Source of the DNA: Thalia democratica
Lineage: Eukaryota
Reading direction: 5' to 3'
Assembly (NCBI GenBank): GCA_965202585.1
Contig: OZ241826.1
Coordinates: 74,090,001-74,154,000 of the forward strand
DNA: 64,000 nucleotides
Under the pieces are notes generated by a model. The model did not search any database and was not told the origin of the DNA. It saw only the letters and a list, made by a program, of their open reading frames with translations. The position numbers were made by a program, and so were the translations under genes. Positions 62,401 through 64,000 of this stretch are shown here, one piece after another (within the stretch, counting starts at the first letter, position 1; every line of letters begins with the position of its first letter).

Positions 62401-63433
62401 AGTGGCGTGATTCTTGAGTAACCCAGAACGAGTGGTTGATGGGTTCTAAATTCCCCAATTGAAGTTCGACATCCGCGCTACCAATAGGGTGGGTTGTTTT
62501 GTTACCAAACCCTTGGATGGTTCTACTTTGTTTGGGAAAATATTTGTCTATCCCGTTAGTCAATTCCTTCGGCAGGATTGAAATTTCGGATCCGCTGTCA
62601 ACCAAAAAAATGACATTTGTGTTTGAATCCGCTACAAATAGTAGGCCCTGAGGGAGGTTCTTCGGTTTGGGTGCAGGGAATTTATTTAGTTGAAATGTCC
62701 ATTTTTTTACACTTTTATCTTTGTTGTGATTGGTAGTGTCGAGAGATTTTTGTTGTGATTCCGGCTGCGTTTGCGCTGACCGTTGGGACTGCCCGTTGTG
62801 GTGCTGGCTAAGGTAGCTCGGATCGTTGGCTCTCGTCGTGGAGGTGCTGGCTTCGGCGGCGCTGACCGTTGACGCTGGCCCTGGTGATGCTGGCTGTGTT
62901 TGCGCAGACCGTTGGGACTGCCCATTGTGGTGCTGGCTAAGGTAGCTCGGATCGTTGGCGCTTGTCGTGGAGGTGCTGGCTTCGGCGGCGCTGACCGTTG
63001 ACGCTGGCCCTGGTGATGCTGGCTGTGTTTGCGCTGACCGTTGGGACTGCCCGATGTGGTGCTGGCTAAGGTAGCTCGGATCGTTGGCGCTTGTCGTGGA
63101 GGTGCTGGCTTCGGCGGCGCTGACCGTTGACGCTGGCCCTGTTGATGCTGGCTGCGGTTGCTCAGAACTTTGGTTCTCATCAGGTGTTTCTGCTGCACTA
63201 CGTGAGGCTGTTTGCTTTATATGAAAAGTCATCTTTGGTTTGTTTGAAGGTGTGGACACTTCATTTCCTGGATGACTTATAGTGCAGTTTGAGGCATTTC
63301 TGGTTGGTCTCGGTTGAGATGGGGGTTGCTGTCGAGGGGCGGTTTTATTTACCAATTGGACAGCTCTTGCGTGAGATAGTGTAGCCCCAATCACTCTCCC
63401 TCTCACTGCAGAGAGTTTGGGATCTCGTTTTTT
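59420..63433 (-). CDS. pol: Ty3/Gypsy Pol (protease, RT, RNase H, integrase), expressed by -1 frameshift
   Basis: Uninterrupted 1328-codon frame: FLVDSGSEIS (PR), LDLKEAYY and YLDDILIYS (RT), FSDAS..ELTG..IRSDN (RNase H), HQVLH..CLQC (HHCC), VHMDLIGP/VSDNGKEF/NGFIERQHR (DDE) and YHGPYRV (GPY/F). The PR-RT-RH-IN order is Metaviridae. Confidence 0.95.
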   Translation of the reverse strand, partial: KKRDPKLSAVRGRVIGATLSHARAVQLVNKTAPRQQPPSQPRPTRNASNCTISHPGNEVSTPSNKPKMTFHIKQTASRSAAETPDENQSSEQPQPASTGPASTVSAAEASTSTTSANDPSYLSQHHIGQSQRSAQTQPASPGPASTVSAAEASTSTTSANDPSYLSQHHNGQSQRSAQTQPASPGPASTVSAAEASTSTTRANDPSYLSQHHNGQSQRSAQTQPESQQKSLDTTNHNKDKSVKKWTFQLNKFPAPKPKNLPQGLLFVADSNTNVIFLVDSGSEISILPKELTNGIDKYFPKQSRTIQGFGNKTTHPIGSADVELQLGNLEPINHSFWVTQESRHFGIIGMDLLRKNELAILPSTSQLCKMGSNESARLFAPAELPTPIVASVNHINLGGKNTTPLEEKCKRLLMDFPEITRKPTYHAKPKHNYELEIILDNYKPAMVKARRPGGRRAAIQDHFNDLLYRGVVTRGEATEGASPVTCVQKKDGSMRVCIDYTTLNKATRPLSFPLPRIDELAQIIPGGTRYFTNLDLKEAYYSLPLAANSQKCAAIIVHSGVFIPNRCVFGLKNAPMKFQQVMEALLRECEDFTYVYLDDILIYSYTEEEHIYHVRKVFETLSKYGLFLNVKKTTFAKSKLEFLGHVIGVEGINVQASKVAAIKEYPVPITRKDLKRFLGMANYYHSFIDGLAEILAPLSAISGGPKKTNRTILKLDDSHIKAFEDTKTALANAATLSFEDQGKPLILFSDASDTHTGASLEQLNDKNVMVPLAFFSRSIPENKRARCTYYKELTGLAMAIKHFHSRIYGRQLIIRSDNMALCNALKKELTDQSPYVQRHLQRIQEYSPTVIHVKGTDNVVADALSRPPQAATMYMGRYETDPDYEEMWYPDSEDEVSEEESMEIEEEIITPERIDRNSLALLQQSEPDLIETAQTLKKVVEFSKPENIAEIVEVGNKRAILPESLRLQAFNAAHQVLHLGVEKSIDAVAKDFWWPTLRADVTRWVKTCLQCQAVKVIRHNRPKIGFFPETTTRLSFVHMDLIGPMNVVSNNCRYVLTIKDRGTGFLVATPIPDKRAITVRNAFMQSWCSYFGTPQVVVSDNGKEFANQLLSDAFIQLGVDHRFVPPYSPQSNGFIERQHRTINQALRAEKTKTNWALRLPMITATINNTSIEGSPYTPSQYALGMCANLSGQIFVDKKVEDGKFEYNHSDTRLFLNIMSGITRKHQRHKERKEYYEPSLFQCEKVWVKRANKKKLSTVYHGPYRVLHASEHSMFIQKNGGVVKVSIRNVKAYYPREELEESKCDEIPENRYNLRERKKVINWDKVINCQEESSSDEN
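62760..63155 (-). repeat. Three 129-bp (43-aa) tandem repeats in the gag-protease spacer
   Basis: GATGCTGGCTG recurs at 62886, 63015 and 63144. Peptide unit QPAS(T/P)GPASTVSAAEASTSTTSANDPSYLSQHH(I/N)GQSQRSAQT. Confidence 0.95.
63386..63433 (-). promoter_or_regulatory. -1 programmed ribosomal frameshift signal
   Basis: Heptamer A AAA AAC in the gag frame (63427-63433), 5-nt spacer GAGAT, then stem-loop CCCAA-ACTCTCT-(10 nt)-GGAGAGT-GA-TTGGG. Pol is in the -1 frame with no ATG at its start. Confidence 0.8.
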
Positions 63434-64000
63434 GAATGAGGCTGAGATATGGTTTGATGGTGCATACTACATCTCCTGTCAAAACAGGAACGGGTATTTA
63501 CACCAAATCTCTGATGGTTTCTGCATATAAATTCATTGTTGTTAATGGCTGTCCATTGCTGCTGTGCTTGGGCTGGTCTGTTTTGATTTGAGCGCGGGGC
63601 ATTGCTATAGTTTATATTCCTAGCTCGTCCCATTGCCTCTTGCTCATTTGTGTCGAGCATTACTTTCCAAGCAATTTGAAAGTCTTTGTCTTTCAGGTGA
63701 AGCTTCTCCCGTAAACGATTTTTTAAACGAGGAGGTGCTAAATGTATTGTGAGAAATTTTGTTAATACACCTTCATTTCTGAACTCAGCTAACCAATGAT
63801 TAATCTCATCACCTAGTTCCCTACTTGACATGGAGTGCCTGTCAGCTCTTGCCAGTAGCACGTTGCTTACTCGCTCTTGCCCACTCATTAGGAACTCTTT
63901 CAACGTGTCGTAGTTCATATCTTCTGGTTTATATCTGTGGTAGTAGCTCTCTCTCTCTTTCCAGGTCACTAATGTTTCAAGCAGCCTGTAAAGATCTTGA
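63403..64000 (-). CDS. gag: Gypsy Gag, C-terminal part (frame open to the window edge), CsRn1-like CHCC knuckle
   Basis: The frame is open from 63999 (QDLYRLLETLVTWKERESY..) to TGA at 63403. C-RN-H-x9-C-x4-C matches the CHCC gag motif described for the CsRn1 clade. Confidence 0.85.
   Translation of the reverse strand, partial: QDLYRLLETLVTWKERESYYHRYKPEDMNYDTLKEFLMSGQERVSNVLLARADRHSMSSRELGDEINHWLAEFRNEGVLTKFLTIHLAPPRLKNRLREKLHLKDKDFQIAWKVMLDTNEQEAMGRARNINYSNAPRSNQNRPAQAQQQWTAINNNEFICRNHQRFGVNTRSCFDRRCSMHHQTISQPHSKNEIPNSLQ

Overview
This is very AT-rich eukaryotic DNA, most likely an invertebrate animal; the taxon cannot be fixed from sequence alone. There are no prokaryotic features, rRNA, tRNA or CRISPR. 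Most of the window is a nested patchwork of DNA-transposon MITEs: MULE-type with 9-bp TSDs, hAT-type with 8-bp TSDs, a CAGGGTTGCCA family with about 6-bp TSDs, and a Kolobok-like family with TTAA/TTAT TSDs. It also holds LINE fragments and two Penelope-like retroelement (PLE) remnants. Four host genes all encode ubiquitin-ligase parts: a two-exon BACK-Kelch protein, two tandem BTB paralogues with divergent C-termini, and an unusual beta-solenoid-repeat plus RING protein. A probable multi-exon gene missed by the ORF track lies at about 50.3-52.5 kb; its symmetric phase-1 exons encode His-rich amphipathic helices with acidic spacers, like an antimicrobial-peptide precursor. The right end is a minus-strand Ty3/Gypsy element (CsRn1-like CHCC gag) with an intact pol and a clear -1 frameshift signal. 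A decayed copy of ribosomal stalk gene RPLP2 sits between pol and the polypurine tract, where env would be. Hammerhead-ribozyme motifs occur in the PLE pseudo-LTRs and in a stand-alone 138-nt hairpin at 18.96-19.09 kb. Everything was read by eye with no searches run; TE superfamily labels and fuzzy boundaries are approximate.
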